From Carcharhinus longimanus (taxonomy: Eukaryota), in assembly GCA_030264375.1 (NCBI GenBank), contig JASCQW010000098.1, positions 41,869,178 to 41,933,177 of the forward strand: a stretch of DNA of 64,000 nucleotides, read 5' to 3'. The position numbers and the translations under genes are program-made. Each line of letters starts with the position of its first letter. Positions within the stretch are counted from its first letter, which is position 1. Positions 13,881-26,670 of this stretch are shown piece by piece. Below the pieces are notes generated by a model that ran no database searches, had not been told where the DNA came from, and was given only the letters and a program-made list of their open reading frames with translations.

Positions 13881-15180
13881 TAAATCCAAGCTATTTCTCA
13901 CTTTCTTGCTAGATGTATATTCCTGGAGAACACAGTAGCTATGGAAAAGATTTGGTTTTAGATTGGTCATTTCCAGCCTCCTTGTTGAAGGTGACAAGAT
14001 TGAGTTTGGAAGTATATTGAATGTTGATATAGTGGCTGGGGCAAGGGGAATTTATTTAAAAAATGAATGTGTAGTACTCATGGGATGAATTATGAATACA
14101 TTCTATGACAACACTTATTACTTGAGCGTTCTGTCAAATAGATTTTGTATTTTTGATCTTAAGAATCATATATAATCCTGAAAATCACAGACTGTCAGTT
14201 ATTTTAATGGTGAATATTCTTGAGATAATTCAAAATATTCCCCTGTCTATTTTAGTTTACTAATGTTTGGTTCTTAACTCTGATCTGAAGTTTCCCTTAA
14301 CTCTTGAAATCAGACTCTTAATGTGTGATATTGCGAGATAGGCAAGTAAGCTTCAACACAAAACCTTCATTATTTATTTGGGCTGCCTCGGTTTTTGACA
14401 ATGTGCTGCTTGATGTTAGAGTTAAAAATTGAGGCTACCATTGCATGGAGGACTGTAGAGTGCCTCTTTAGGTGGTAACTATAATGAAGCTGGAGCAATG
14501 TTAGAAATATTGACAGTAACACACTTAGAGCATGAATATCTCCAAAAGCAGCACAAGGTTTTATTTTTACGTTATAATAATACCCATGACCTGTTTTCGA
14601 TTGAAATTTCACTCCTGAAGGTGAGCAGTTCTCAGTATAGTTTAGAATTCTGATAAAATAGTCAATGCATGCATCGGTAAGGAAATAATTGAATATGAAA
14701 TGCACAAACTATAAAAGGGGAAGGGCCAAAATTAAAACAATGGAAATGTTAAGCACAAGGAAGGCGCAAAAGTAGAAATAACACAGGCAAAACAAAAAAG
14801 AGAACTGTGGATAGGGTAAACAACTATAATGGAAATTATAAATAATGTACAAGTATTATTTGCAATAAACAGCTTTTAGAGAATTTTTGATTTTTTGTGT
14901 AAAGGGATTTTCAATTCTATATTTTAAATCAGTTTTTTCAGGTTGAGTTTAGTAAAACTCTTTCTTATTCAGAAATGTTTGTACTTAAACCTGCAGGGAT
15001 TAAAACTTTCCCTGGCAGTGCATTACATTGTGGAAGAAGAATCTAGGATTTGTCAGAATTGTGGATATCATATGGATTTGACTCACTGGCAGAATCTTAC
15101 TGTATTTTTTCAAAGGCCAGAATTCTCCAACCTCACATGAGGCTGGAATTCTCCAGTCCCATTGCAGTGAATGGAGATTC

Positions 15181-15372
15181 AGTCCAAAGATGTGCAGGTT
15201 AGGTGCATTGGCCATGCTAATTTGCCCCTTAGTGTCCTGATGCGTAAATTAGGGGGATCAATGGGGTAAATATATGCGATTACAGGGATAGGGCCTGGGT
15301 GGGATTGTTGTCGGTGCAGACTTGATGGACCGAATGGTCTCCTTCTGTAGGGTTTCTATGATGATTTCTATG
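15181..15372 (+). mobile_element. HE1/V-SINE-like SINE (5'-truncated) inserted in a short MITE (~15115-15446)
   Basis: agtccaaagatgtgcaggttaggtgcattggccatgctaatttgcccctt core and a (ttctatga)n tail. Confidence 0.8.
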
Positions 15373-16689
15373 ATTTGGCCGAGATCCAAAGTCTCCATTC
15401 TCACTGGCAGTGGTAGCAGGGCATGCAAGTTAAGAGAAATCTGGCTGAAGTGTCAGGCTGAAACTGAAAATTGGCTTGAAGCTCTCCAGCTGCACTGCCC
15501 AGTTTTCTCTTCAGATCTTGAGCCTCTCTAAGTAAAAAGAAATGAGTGGTGAGATCTACGCCATCACTCTGTTGAGGCTGAGGCCTGATAGAATCAGCAA
15601 GGCTGGCACCACATACTCAGTTCAGTTTCTTGAACATACTCCACAGAGTTTGGGGAACCATCTCTAAAGGGCGCCGCAATCAGCAATGAAATGAAACACC
15701 CCTCCTCACTATGGAGGTATCACAGACTCACCCCACACCCAACCACAGAGGTAACAGGAGCTCCTCCCATCACCGTACAAGTATTAACAGCATTCCCCCC
15801 TTCCTCACTGCCCGCCCTCCATGCTGTCTGCCAGTTCCCNNNNNNNNNNNNNNNNNNNNNNNNNNNNNNNNNNNNNNNNNNNNNNNNNNNNNNNNNNNNN
15901 NNNNNNNNNNNNNNNNNNNNNNNNNNNNNNNNNNNNNNNAGGTGTAGGAGGATGCGGCGGCGCGGGCTCGTTGGGCCGAAGGGCCTGTTTCCCGTGCTGG
16001 GTTGTTCTTTGTTCTTATAACACTGGGTTCGGGAAGCATCAATCAAGTCGGTTTTCCAGGTTCAGTGTCGTTGAGGCAGTCCATTTTCCAGCCTTAGAGT
16101 GTTCCTGGAGATGCATCATCTTTCTTCAATGATAGGCCAATGATGTTGGGTGCCTTCTAAATACAGCACCCAGATATGACGGCAGGATGCATGCCATCAG
16201 ACCCACCCACAGAAGATGATGCAGAGCCCCTAGATACATCATTAACGATGTCAGGGTTGGAAGATATGGCAGGGGGAAAGTTAGGACCAGTGTCCGGGCA
16301 CTGCCAGGGTACTGCCAGATCATGACCCTCTTTCCCTGGGTTCACTTCAGCAGGTCCCCATATGTCAAAAATCTGTTGTAAAGCCCATCCATGTGTTGTC
16401 ACATCAGCCTGTGGGATGGGTAGGTGGGGAGGGGGCAGAATGATCTAATGTGGGGGGATAATACAGCATATTACAGCATCCAATGTATGCAAATGAATTT
16501 CCTGACCTGTCATATGAGAGGGGCAGGAACATTTGGAGCAGGAAGTCCTGATGGAGTTAAAGCCATTTGGGGACTCCAGTTGAATTCTCTGCTCCCTCTG
16601 CTGTTCCCATCCATCGAAAGAAACAGCAGAAAATCCCCCTCCAAAAATACACTTGATCCCAAACCAGAGTTTTATAAATGTTTAGCATA

Positions 16690-17075
16690 AATTCCTTATT
16701 TTTGTACTATATTCCTCTATTAATAAAGTCAAAGATCTCATATGTTTTTACTAAACAACCTTCTCAACCTCTCCTATCACCTTCAATGATTTATATACAC
16801 ACAGTTCCAGTCTCTTTCTTCCTGCATCTGTTTAACATTGTACATTTAATTTGTGTTTCTTCTTCCTATTTTTCCTGACAAAATGTTTCCTGTCATACTT
16901 CCCAGTGTAAAATTTCATCTGTCCTGTGTCATTTTATCAGTCTGTCTATGTCTTCCTGAACCTGTTACTCCTAACTTTCCGTGTTTTGCATCAACTGTGA
17001 GTTTTGTGTCTTGTACACCAAAGTCCAGCTCATTAATATAAATCAGAAAGTGTAGTGTCCTGATGCCAATGATGC
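16690..17075 (-). mobile_element. Decayed CR1-type LINE fragment
   Basis: Reverse-orientation CR1 RT-region phrases (aaatttcatctg, cattaatataaatcagaaag...gccaaactctggg). Confidence 0.5.
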
Positions 17076-17154
17076 CAAACTCTGGGATACTATCGACTGT
17101 ATAATAGATTTGATTGGACAGGTATAGAGAAACCGCTTCATTGGTGTTCAGTGT

Positions 17155-17500
17155 GCCTCAATGGCAGCGCATTTGCTCCTGAATCAGGAAGTATTGAGAT
17201 TAAGTCCTGGTTGAGTACAAACTCTAGGCTGACACTTCAATGTGGTATTGAAAGAACGCTCTTCTGCTGGAGATGCCATCTTTTAGTTTAGACATTTAAC
17301 TGAGGTATTGGATCTGATTTTAACTCTAAGTGAATGGATTTTAAGTGAATTAAAATCTCATGCATTGTCTGCTCTACCAGGGAAGTGTAAAAGACTTCAT
17401 AGTGTTATTTTGAAGCTTGAAAGATCTTGGAAACAGATTATCTGCTCCTTAATCTCACTGTATAGTGTACTGTTTGTGAAACCGTGCTAGCTTTGTGTTC
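17155..17500 (+). mobile_element. Deu-domain SINE, degenerate
   Basis: Collinear similarity to 13480-13880 (ctaggctgacacttcaatgtggtattga...gatgccatcttt...ggaagtgtaaaagacttcatag). Confidence 0.55.
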
Positions 17501-18359
17501 TAATAATAGCTGAGTGGATGCCCTTACTTTTTGGAGCTGCAAACTCGGTGGGAGGTGGTCACATCAGAGGGGCAGTACTGGTGTGACCATGAGGCCCTGG
17601 GGTCTTGATGTGGGAGAGGCCAGGGTACAAGAGCAATATGGGGGTCTCAGTGATGAGGAAGCACTCTGCCTCCTGAGGCATAAAGACTCTTTCACTTGGG
17701 GGAGGGCGAATGCAGTGAAACACAACCATCACTCGGTCAATGGCGTGAGGCCAGAGGGGATCATAGACAGGAAGTTCAAATCCACTTCTCTGCAAACCCT
17801 GTCTGTCTGTCACTGATTGCCCTCATGAAAGGCTCTTTAACTGCACAGCACTGAAGACCCTGAAGAATGAGACTGCCCTCAAAGGAATTCTTTGAAAGGC
17901 GAATTGCAGATTTCGCAAGATTCAGCTTGTCGAGGCACGAAGAGTGTTATTGCCAGAATGACTATCTGACAATTCTTTGAGGAGTCCAGCAAGCCTGTTT
18001 AATATCCATGGCTAGATCTAGTTGCACAGTCTGAAGACAAAGGTTAATACTTTGGAAAACTAAGCTCCAAGAAAGGAGAAGCATCTTTCTTAGCAATGCA
18101 CAGCTCGCACTGCAGAGAACCCCTGACAAAGTAAGATGGTGATAGCAGACATCACTCACCCTGTTCCATATCAGGACTGGCATTATTCTTGAAGTGCGCC
18201 ACCAGGATGCAGACCCCGCTGCCATGCATTCTTTCTGATGGTCTTCAGCACTATGCAAGGTCAGGAGATGTTCTTTGGTATAGATAGGCGGGGATTTGGG
18301 GGAGTGAATGTGCAGGTCAGATGCCATGAGATATTAGAAACTCAACACTATTCATCGAG

Positions 18360-19015
18360 CTGAAGTACAGAGGAGGCTATGTGGGGATGTGGCTGTAGTG
18401 TCAGAGGGGGTGGTGTGAGGGACGGCAGAATCAAAGGGTAGAATCTTAAAATTGGTGCTGACCAATTATGAGTGAAATCAGGAGACACATTTTCATACTA
18501 AGAGTAGTGGAAATATAGAACACACTCACTCAAAATACTGTGGATGCTAATCACTTAATATCAACAACATTGAGAACAGCAAAATTTATTCCATAAACTT
18601 ATCAAGGAAAATGAATCAAAGTTGGGGAAAGGGAGTTGAGATTCAGGTCAGCCATGCATTAATTTAATGGTTGACTGAAAAAGCTCCAGGGCTAAATGGT
18701 CCATTCATATTGCAGTGGTAATAGTGGAGTGGCAGAGTGATTTAATTTTATTTATTATTGTTGCATGTGTTAGTATACAGTGAAAAGTATTGTTCCTTGC
18801 GAGCTATACAGGCAAAGTGTAATGTTCATAGAGAAGAAAAGGAGAGGGTGCAGAATGAAGTGTTACAGTCATAGCTAAGGTGTAGAGAAAGATCAACTTA
18901 ATGCAAGGTAGGTCCATTCAAAAGTCTGATGGCAGTAGGAAAGAGGCTGTTCTTGAGTTGGTTGGCATGTCACCTCAGACTTTTGTATCTTTTTCCCAAC
19001 AGAAGTGGCAAAAGA
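18360..19015. mobile_element. CR1-type 3' end (+, ~18360-18720) abutting a Rex-Babar LINE 3' end (-, ~18745-19015)
   Basis: CR1-like gtgaaatcaggagacacattttcatactaagagtagtggaaat; the second part is the reverse complement of the 29850-30090 element end. Confidence 0.6.
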
Positions 19016-21289
19016 ATGATTAATTTTATTGACTGAAAAATTGGGAATACTATTGATCCTTGCACCAGGTTCCTCAATTCACATTCATTTTGAATAAGAC
19101 ATGTGTCAAAAGCAGCACACTGCAAACATTTGACATGTAATCTGCATCTAAATGGTTAAGCACACAGTACACAGTTTATTTTTGTCTTTTCTGCAGTTAT
19201 GGGTATGCTGTCTTATGATATGAGCCAGTATGTGGGCAACCTGCCAACATCTTTGAAGACATGATAGTTTGTTGATTTGAGAGACACCAAACTTCTTTCT
19301 TCTTATCTTACGCCATATCAGGCACCAAAAAATATCATACTTCTTAACAAAGTTGAGCTTTCTTTTCTCGTTTCCTCAATTTGGGAGGTTATTCCTTGGT
19401 GATTATTTTTGCTTTTTTATTTTTAAATTCAATCTTGGCCATGATCATTTGCTTTACAGAGTGAAATTACATTTATTATCATAATTTGCAACTCATTTAC
19501 ATTTTGCACACAGCTGGTGGGAGTAGGACACTAAAGATAGATTGAGACATCAATGCAAAACACATTCTAAAAGGAATTGGGTGTTATAGTGGCATTATGT
19601 GACAAAAACCATGACGAAAGGCACAGACTGTCAGGAACATTGAGTATCAACAGAAAGAATCTTTATGAAGACCAGCTGTTTTTATTTTAATATTTATTAA
19701 ATTGTAGGGGAAACAGTATTTTCATATTGAGAATTACAAGAGTGCTGAATAAAGTACCGCAGCACGTATTTTGTGCAAAGTAACACACTGTGAAAGAATT
19801 CAACATGTCTCACTTAGATTTATGTAAGGTTAAGGCAGCGGTATTGCTTTGGAATGCCAACCCAGCATTGGATTGAATACAAAATGTTGATGCAGGTTTC
19901 TTTGTGCCGTTATAAAGCCACAAGGACTTTATCTGCCTGGTCCTTGTTATTTACAGTAATCCCTGCCCATCGTTCAGTTTGAGATTTTATAGGTCTATAA
20001 AATGTTGCTACAAAAATAAATATCATAATTTATCTGATGCAGAATCAGAAACAAAACACAATGAAATGAGAACTGTCTTTTAGGCAGAGGAGAGAATTCA
20101 TTGAATTGTTCAATCTAAAGGGAATCAATTGAGTTTGGATCAGCTTTCTTATGCTGCAATATAAATTAACATTTAATGAAGCCTTATAAATCCAACAACA
20201 CAAGCCTACATTTCTAGGCTGCTTCTTTTTCATTGCCTGGAAACAAAGTTGACGCAATCTATAATATCTTTATTAAGGCCAAGACCTTTGGAATTTTGCC
20301 AGCACATCTGCCCCAATTCCGGGGGTGGATAACGCTCAGAGAACTGCATTCTCCATTGGCCTTAGGTGGGATTGTATGAACCTCAGGCAGATGTGCCAAT
20401 AAAATACTAAAGAATTCGGAGCAATGCAGTTCCAGAGAAATTTAGACTGAGCACCATTTGCTCCACTGGTTACAATCTTGTCCTGAATCACAGCCCANNN
20501 NNNNNNNNNNNNNNNNNNNNNNNNNNNNNTGATAGGATATTTCCGACCCCCACCACATCCCAACACATCCAGCTCCAGAACCATATCATCTCCTGAAAGA
20601 GATTGAGAGCCGAAATAAGAGAAAAATCACCCTTGGATATTCCACTTCAACCCCTAAAATAATTAAACCAGTCCAGGAGAACATCTGGACCATAGTGGGA
20701 TGGGGATGAAGTGGAGGGGGAGGTGGTTTCTTCCTCTCTGCAGCGTGGTAACAGGAGGTGGCTGTGTCTTATGGTCCTGCAGTTGTTAATGGGATTTCAC
20801 ATTGAATGCACCCCTCGCCACTGGGGAACCAGAAGATCCAGCCGGTGTGTGTGGCAGCAAGATTTCGGTGCCTGTGTTTTCTGTAAAAACACTCACCTTC
20901 TGTATGATGTGATTCCTCCCCAATCAAGAACCAATCGAGTTTTCTCTTGAAGAGTTTGAAGGGAGTCAGCAGTCACCACACCAGCTGGAAGTGTTTTCCA
21001 GAAGCTGCTACTCTCTGGGAGAAGAACCACCCAGCCCAGTCAACGCACAAATTAAATTCACCTTCCCTAATCCTCCCCAGTTTGTTAAACTGGAGCGATT
21101 TATCAGACCTGCTATCCGGCCCTTCTCTGATTGAGGTTATATAACTCTATGCTGCTCTAAAATAGATATACACAGGTCCTTAAGCCTACCTTAGAAACTA
21201 AGATTCTGAAAAATGAATCATTTTGAGACTCTCCTCTGAACCTTTTCCCAGGTCACTGTACTATCCACTACTTGAGGAAGCTAAAACTG

Positions 21290-21835
21290 GATAAACCACT
21301 CCAAATATGGTCCGTTCAAAAGGGTTGAATTGTGGGGACTCATTAGGGGGATCCCTAATTGCAAACAGTAGAAATGGAATCCTTTTATCCCAATTATTAG
21401 AACATTCCTGACAACAAGCTTTAATCATGGTCTTTTGATACTCTGAAGACTTATTTTACTTCCAAACTATTCATTTTCTTTGAATATTTATGACATAAGG
21501 TTTAAACCTTGACCTGATTATATTTCCTTAAATAATCCATAACTTGTGAAGTATTCAAACAATTTCTCCACTACCAATTTGGTCATAATCTTACTAAGTT
21601 GCTGCCTCAGGAAATCTCATTGAACATATATATCCTATCTCTGATTTTAGATAGGCGTCCGATATTAAAACCCTGATAAACAGTTCTTCAAAAGCTGGTA
21701 TTGGAATTAAGGATGCAGGTTTCATTAATGATCAGAGTTTCCCCGCTACTTGACATGGCTGACAGGATTTAACCACATTTGTATATAATCCTAGCCAATT
21801 AAAATGTATCAATATTTTGGCCTGCGTTTTTCTAA
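21290..21835 (-). mobile_element. Gmr1-like Gypsy integrase remnant
   Basis: Minus-strand peptides FNWLGLYTNVVKSCQPCQVAGK..KPASLIPIPAFEE; FPEA; FTSYGLFKEI*SGQG; MIKACCQECSNNWDKRIPFLLFAIRDPPNES, with stops and frameshifts. Confidence 0.75.
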
Positions 21836-22859
21836 TAACTAAGAGATCTTTCATCTTTATATCATTAGCGGGACTGATCCCAGATGACTGATCCCAGATG
21901 CAGTGGCCACATGATAGTCACTCACCATCACTACCAAATCATGTGGGGGCAATTTGATGTTACTCTTGAAAAGTGGGGTCCTGGGGACAGGAGGCCATGA
22001 TGCCATGATGCATGAGAAGGGCAAAGACTTCACCGTAGGAGCTGGATGGTGTGGACAATAGCTGCTGTAATGCTTGGCTGCATGAGGAGGTGGTGTTGAG
22101 GGTTGGTCACCCTCTAGCCACTGCACCACATAGGGATGAGGGAGGATGCTAGAGTGAGGAAGACAGATAACATTGCAAACTATCTCTCTCTTTCTCTCTC
22201 CCTCTCTTCCATGTCCTCACAGACTGAGGATGGATATTGGACTGGACACATTCCAGGTAGCAATGGTTCTGATCATTGGTGCCAAGGCAATCAGGAGGTT
22301 GCAAGAATGCCCAGTCTAGCCCTGGTATGGCCCTACACCACAGGAGCTCTTCGGCCCACTGAGTATGCCTCAATGAAACCTACCACTGGATTTGTGCGTT
22401 ATCCCAGTGCCAAACACTGGTACCAGATCCCTGACTGCTGTGGTAGCCCAAGTGCTCTCCCAAAAATGCCATTAGGGTTATGAAGTCACAGGCCTCCACC
22501 ACTAACGAGGAGCTCAGTAGTCGAAGCTCCTCTGTCCTAGTCCCAGCCAGCTCCCTGAACAGTCCCAGCCATGTAGGTCCTGTAGGCCCATAGTGACAAA
22601 TAGCCTGGGATGGCATCTTCATCACTCACTGGACCCTAGCACTGGACCCTCACTGGACCCTCTAGCACCACCCACCAGCCCCAGGGCAGTGGGCCGTACA
22701 GTGGTGCCCCCGACCCTCAAGTCAAACCTGGGCCAAGGTACCAGTGTGCATTTGGATAATAGGTCAGAAGGAGTCTTGTGTTTCACCAAGGCAGCATCAC
22801 AGCTTGCTGCGTTTCTTCAGCATCCTGAGCCATATCCCGGTAGGTTCTGAGGGAACACA

Positions 22860-24310
22860 TTTTATATTTATCATTGTTATGATTTTAGTACCCATTTCCT
22901 TTCCTGGAATAACCTTGATCCATAGATTCCTTGAACTTTCTACTTCTGTAATAGGTCTCCCATTTAGTTTTAGTATTTCCAGTCTTATTACAATGGAAGC
23001 ATATTATTTTCTTCACGTCTCTTTTTCATTCTGCCCCATCTCCTTTATTATTTTGGTGTCCTTCTGTTTGTTCCATAGAATAAGTACCTTTTCCATTACT
23101 CCTCCAATTCCCTTGTTGATCCCCATGTGACCATCTTCCCACATGTAACTGTCTGTGAGAGATATCATAGGTATCAGACAAAACAGCTGCTTCCCAAATC
23201 TTTGCTATATGACACTGAGCTAAATAAATCTTAATGGTTATTGAAATTTGATTTTGGAATTCTTGCACAATCATGATTTCCCTCACGTTCTCAAAGGTTT
23301 TATCTAATTTCAGTGATCAAAACCACTGATCCCTTGTGTTTCTTTTTCTCTTGCAGCTTCTACAACTATCTCAGTAGGTTTTTTTCTAATGGTCCAAAAC
23401 TTTAACTGATAAGCTTCAGGGACAAGGAATGGGTATTGCCCTCTTAACCACTTTATAGTCTGTAGGTTGTCCTTCAGACAGAATAATGTCCACATTCATT
23501 AGCTGTACCTGACAGGACACTTTGTAACATTAAGGTCCAAGTCACTTTGGCTGCTTCAACTTCAGAGCTCTCTTTTTAAGTGAGGTGAAATATCTTTCAA
23601 CTCCATCCTCTGTAAATTTAGGCACTAAACAAAGATTTTTAATTAAATCAAATCTCTCCCAGGAATCAGAAGCATCCTCTGAACTACTAGTCATCCTTTT
23701 TTTCTTGATTCTAAGCTTTTCTTTGGCCAAGTTATGTTGTCTGACTTCCTTTCTCTTTGAAGCTCTCTATCTCTATCCTTATCCCTTTCCTCTGCTAGCT
23801 TCTCTCTGAAGTTCAAATTTTTGCATTTCTGTTTCTCTTTTTTTCTTTCTCCTCTTTTGCCAGTTTAAGATTTTTCATTTTTTTTCTCCTTTCTAATTCA
23901 AGATTTTGTATTTTCTCTTTTTTTCCCTCTAATTAAGGGTNNNNNNNNNNNNNNNNNNNNNNNNNNNNNNNNNNNNNNNNNNNNNNNNNNNNNNNNNNNN
24001 NNNNNNNNNNNNNNNNNNNNNNNNNNNNNNNNNNNNNNNNCTAATTAAGGGTTTTTTTGTCCCCATGCACTTGAATCTTAGCTAACTCTGACTGTGATAC
24101 ATTAATTTCAACTGTCTCCTCTTTTAATTTTAATTGTTAGTAATTAATTTAGTAATATCATGCTTATGAAATTTGACTTTTATTTCTACATTCAATTTAT
24201 GTGTTAACTCTCTAAGTTTAGCCTTGGGCAAGGATCTCAAATAATCCACTGTTACATCTTTTACTTCCAGAAATGTCCTAGCAACAGTCAAAGCTGTTTT
24301 TGAATTCCAC
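22860..24310 (-). mobile_element. Gmr1-like Gypsy gag remnant (SCAN-related capsid); probable LTR at ~24580-25390
   Basis: Peptides FDLIKNLCLVPKFTEDGVERYFTSL and LVPEAYQLKFWTIRKKPTEIVVEAAREKE, preceded by a K/E-rich coiled-coil region; same strand as the integrase remnant. Confidence 0.7.
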
Positions 24311-24414
24311 CCTGTGCAAATTTAATATTTTAATACCTCTACATGCTCATTTCTTTAAGGGTTCATAGGTCCCACTTAAATTCAAGCACTTTTAATCTCA
24401 TAAGAACTCTGAAA

Positions 24415-24572
24415 GATGGGTTGGTTATGTGCATTGGCCATGCTAAATTCTCCCTCAGTGTACCGGAACAAGTGCCGGAATGTGGCAACTAGGGGATTTT
24501 TACTTAACTTCATTGGACTGTTAATGTAAGCCTACTCATGACACTAATAAATNNNNNAATAAAACTAAACTT
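24415..24572 (+). mobile_element. SINE 3' part (V-SINE subfamily with ctaataaataaactt tail); other copies at 56420-56570 and 57710-57885
   Basis: Shared attggccatgctaaattctccctcagtgtacc...atgtggcractarggatttt...aatgtaagc...gacactaataaat. Confidence 0.75.
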
Positions 24573-25399
24573 TGCTTATGTTAATATTGGACAAATAAGA
24601 TGTGAAATCTGGCTTGGTAGATCCTAACTTTGCCTTTGTTTGGCAGTCAGTTACTGAACATGATCGCAAGAAGCCTGCCAATGAATGTTTGGCTTGAAGA
24701 ATAAAATGCTTATTATTCAAGCAAAGTTAAGTATATTACACTTGGCAAAAGGTTGGAAAGATTTCAACACAAATATCAGAAAATGATTTCAACCTCACAT
24801 TTTTCCTTTTATCCCAGCAATACCTTTACAGACACAGAAAACCCAGTGAAGATTTACCAACACCAAGGCTTGGGCTGACTGCGGTCAAACAGTTTTCTTC
24901 CGGCAGACTTCTGAACAGTCTCTAGATGCTGCTCTTCAATTGGTATCTCTCTCCAAGACACCCAGAAACCACATTCTACACTAACTCTTACTCTAAATTG
25001 AAAAACAAGAGTCCCCTAAACTCAGTCCCCCTGTGGTCTGTGGGGTCTCTTCCTAAAGAGTTTTAAACTTTCAGCTTCACTCTCTGGTATCCACACTCTA
25101 GCTGACAGAATAGCCCTTCTCTCTTTGCTTGTGTCACTGGTTCACTTTTGCTGGGCAACAGCACAATTTTCTTCTACTTGATGTTTTGGTTTTAACTTCA
25201 CTAAAATACTAACCCCTTGGTAACCCGTCTCTTCACTTCAAGAGTTGTAAAAGCTAATTGAAAATTAATGCCTGCAAATAGGATACCAGACTTGTCAGCA
25301 CCCAATTCACAAAAAACGAAATTAGACCCAAGTTTCACTGTTCTGTACAAAATAGAAATCAATCCTCACCTTCAACAATAAGTGCAGAGTTCATGGACT

Positions 25400-25855
25400 T
25401 ATTTGTCATTAAGGTTGAGAGAATCGGATTAGCTGCCTCTACTGCATCTTTCCCTTCTGCTAGCCCAGCTGGCCAAACTTCCTACAATGCTTCCCCTTGC
25501 TCTGCCCTATCTCCAAACCTGCACTTGTTTCTAGTTTCCCTCCTACCTTCCCTCACCATCTATTCCATTGATCCTATTCTGTGTAAACTGCTGATCATCC
25601 ATTTCTCCTCCTGGGTGCCATGTTAGCCAATATTGTAAATGTTTTTCTCTCTTCAGACGATGTCCCTCTCTCTTCCAAATCTCATGTTATCATTCCACTT
25701 CTCAGGAATCTAATCTTTGACCCCCAACATCCTTGTAAACAACCATTCCATCTCCAACATCCTCTTCATTTCCCAAGTCTTGAATGTGTCTTTCATCTCC
25801 GAAATCTATTCCCATCCCCCTGGAACCCCAGGGCAATTCTCCTATCTCACTGAAC
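25400..25855 (+). mobile_element. L2 LINE reverse-transcriptase-region fragment
   Basis: Peptide DPILCKLL...LANIVNVFLSSDDVPLSSKSHVIIPLL..DP, plus decayed PISNLPFLSKVLE-like sequence. Confidence 0.65.
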
Positions 25856-26439
25856 TGATTTTTTAGCAGAGCAAGCGGGGAGATTTCAGCAGGGCCAATG
25901 ATGTTAAAATGGACAGGTCAGATACTGTATCAAATTTGCTGTTTTGTTTTGAGTTTTTACTCAGAAATGTTCTTTGTGCTCCATGTCAGAGACCACTCTT
26001 GTAAACAAATCCTCAGTCCTAAAAAGCAATGCTCCGTCCAGTATCTCTTTGTTGTATGCAGGCTGTTTGTTACAGCATTTGTTACAGTGCGTAGTCTTTT
26101 TAAGAATGCTGCAAGGCCAGTATGTGCACATCTTAAAGGGAACAGTGATTGTGTGCACTGTGCAGTACATTCTAGATTGCAGTGCAGCCATTCATTTATA
26201 CTGCTTAGAGTGAATATTGCTAATTGTGTATCAAATATATTTAATTATGTGCACATGGAAGCCATTAATTGGGGGTTTCACCTGAGCAAATATAAAGAGA
26301 CATTTACAGAAGCTGTGGTGAATGTAAGCCTGAGTAAAGATCACACTGAGTTCCATCCTTCGCCAATAGAATTCTGAAATAGAACAAATAATGCCTACAA
26401 ATCAAACTGTACCTTTCTCCACTCAATACCTAAGCTAGC

Positions 26440-26670
26440 AAAAAAGGCATGCATTTATATAACATCGTTCACATTCTCAGAACATCCCCAAAGTATCTTA
26501 CAGTCAATGAAGTGCTATCAAAGTGTAGTTACTGTTGTAATGTAAGAAATGTGCGCAGCAAGCTCCCACAAAAAGAGATCAGTAAATTACCAGATAATAT
26601 CTTAATGTTGCTGGTTGAAGGCTAAATATCAGCAGGATCATCAGAGGAACTTTCCTGTTCCTTTCTGAGT
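26440..26670 (-). mobile_element. Deu-domain SINE 3' part (further copies at ~36250-36560, 40090-40250, 48705-49020, 56805-57055)
   Basis: Reverse-complement similarity to 13480-13880 and 38655-39195 (tgcatttatata...aagtgtagttactgttgtaatgtaagaaa...cagcaagctcccaca). Confidence 0.6.

Noticed and set aside
23929-24052. Direct repeat ctaattaagggt flanking a 100-N gap (also agcgggaggagttgtttaaatgtgtg around 52654-52754)
   Set aside because: Overlapping contig ends at placeholder gaps; an assembly artefact rather than a biological duplication.
25898-26377. 159-aa ORF
   Set aside because: No recognisable motif or coding-like composition; expected by chance in 64 kb.
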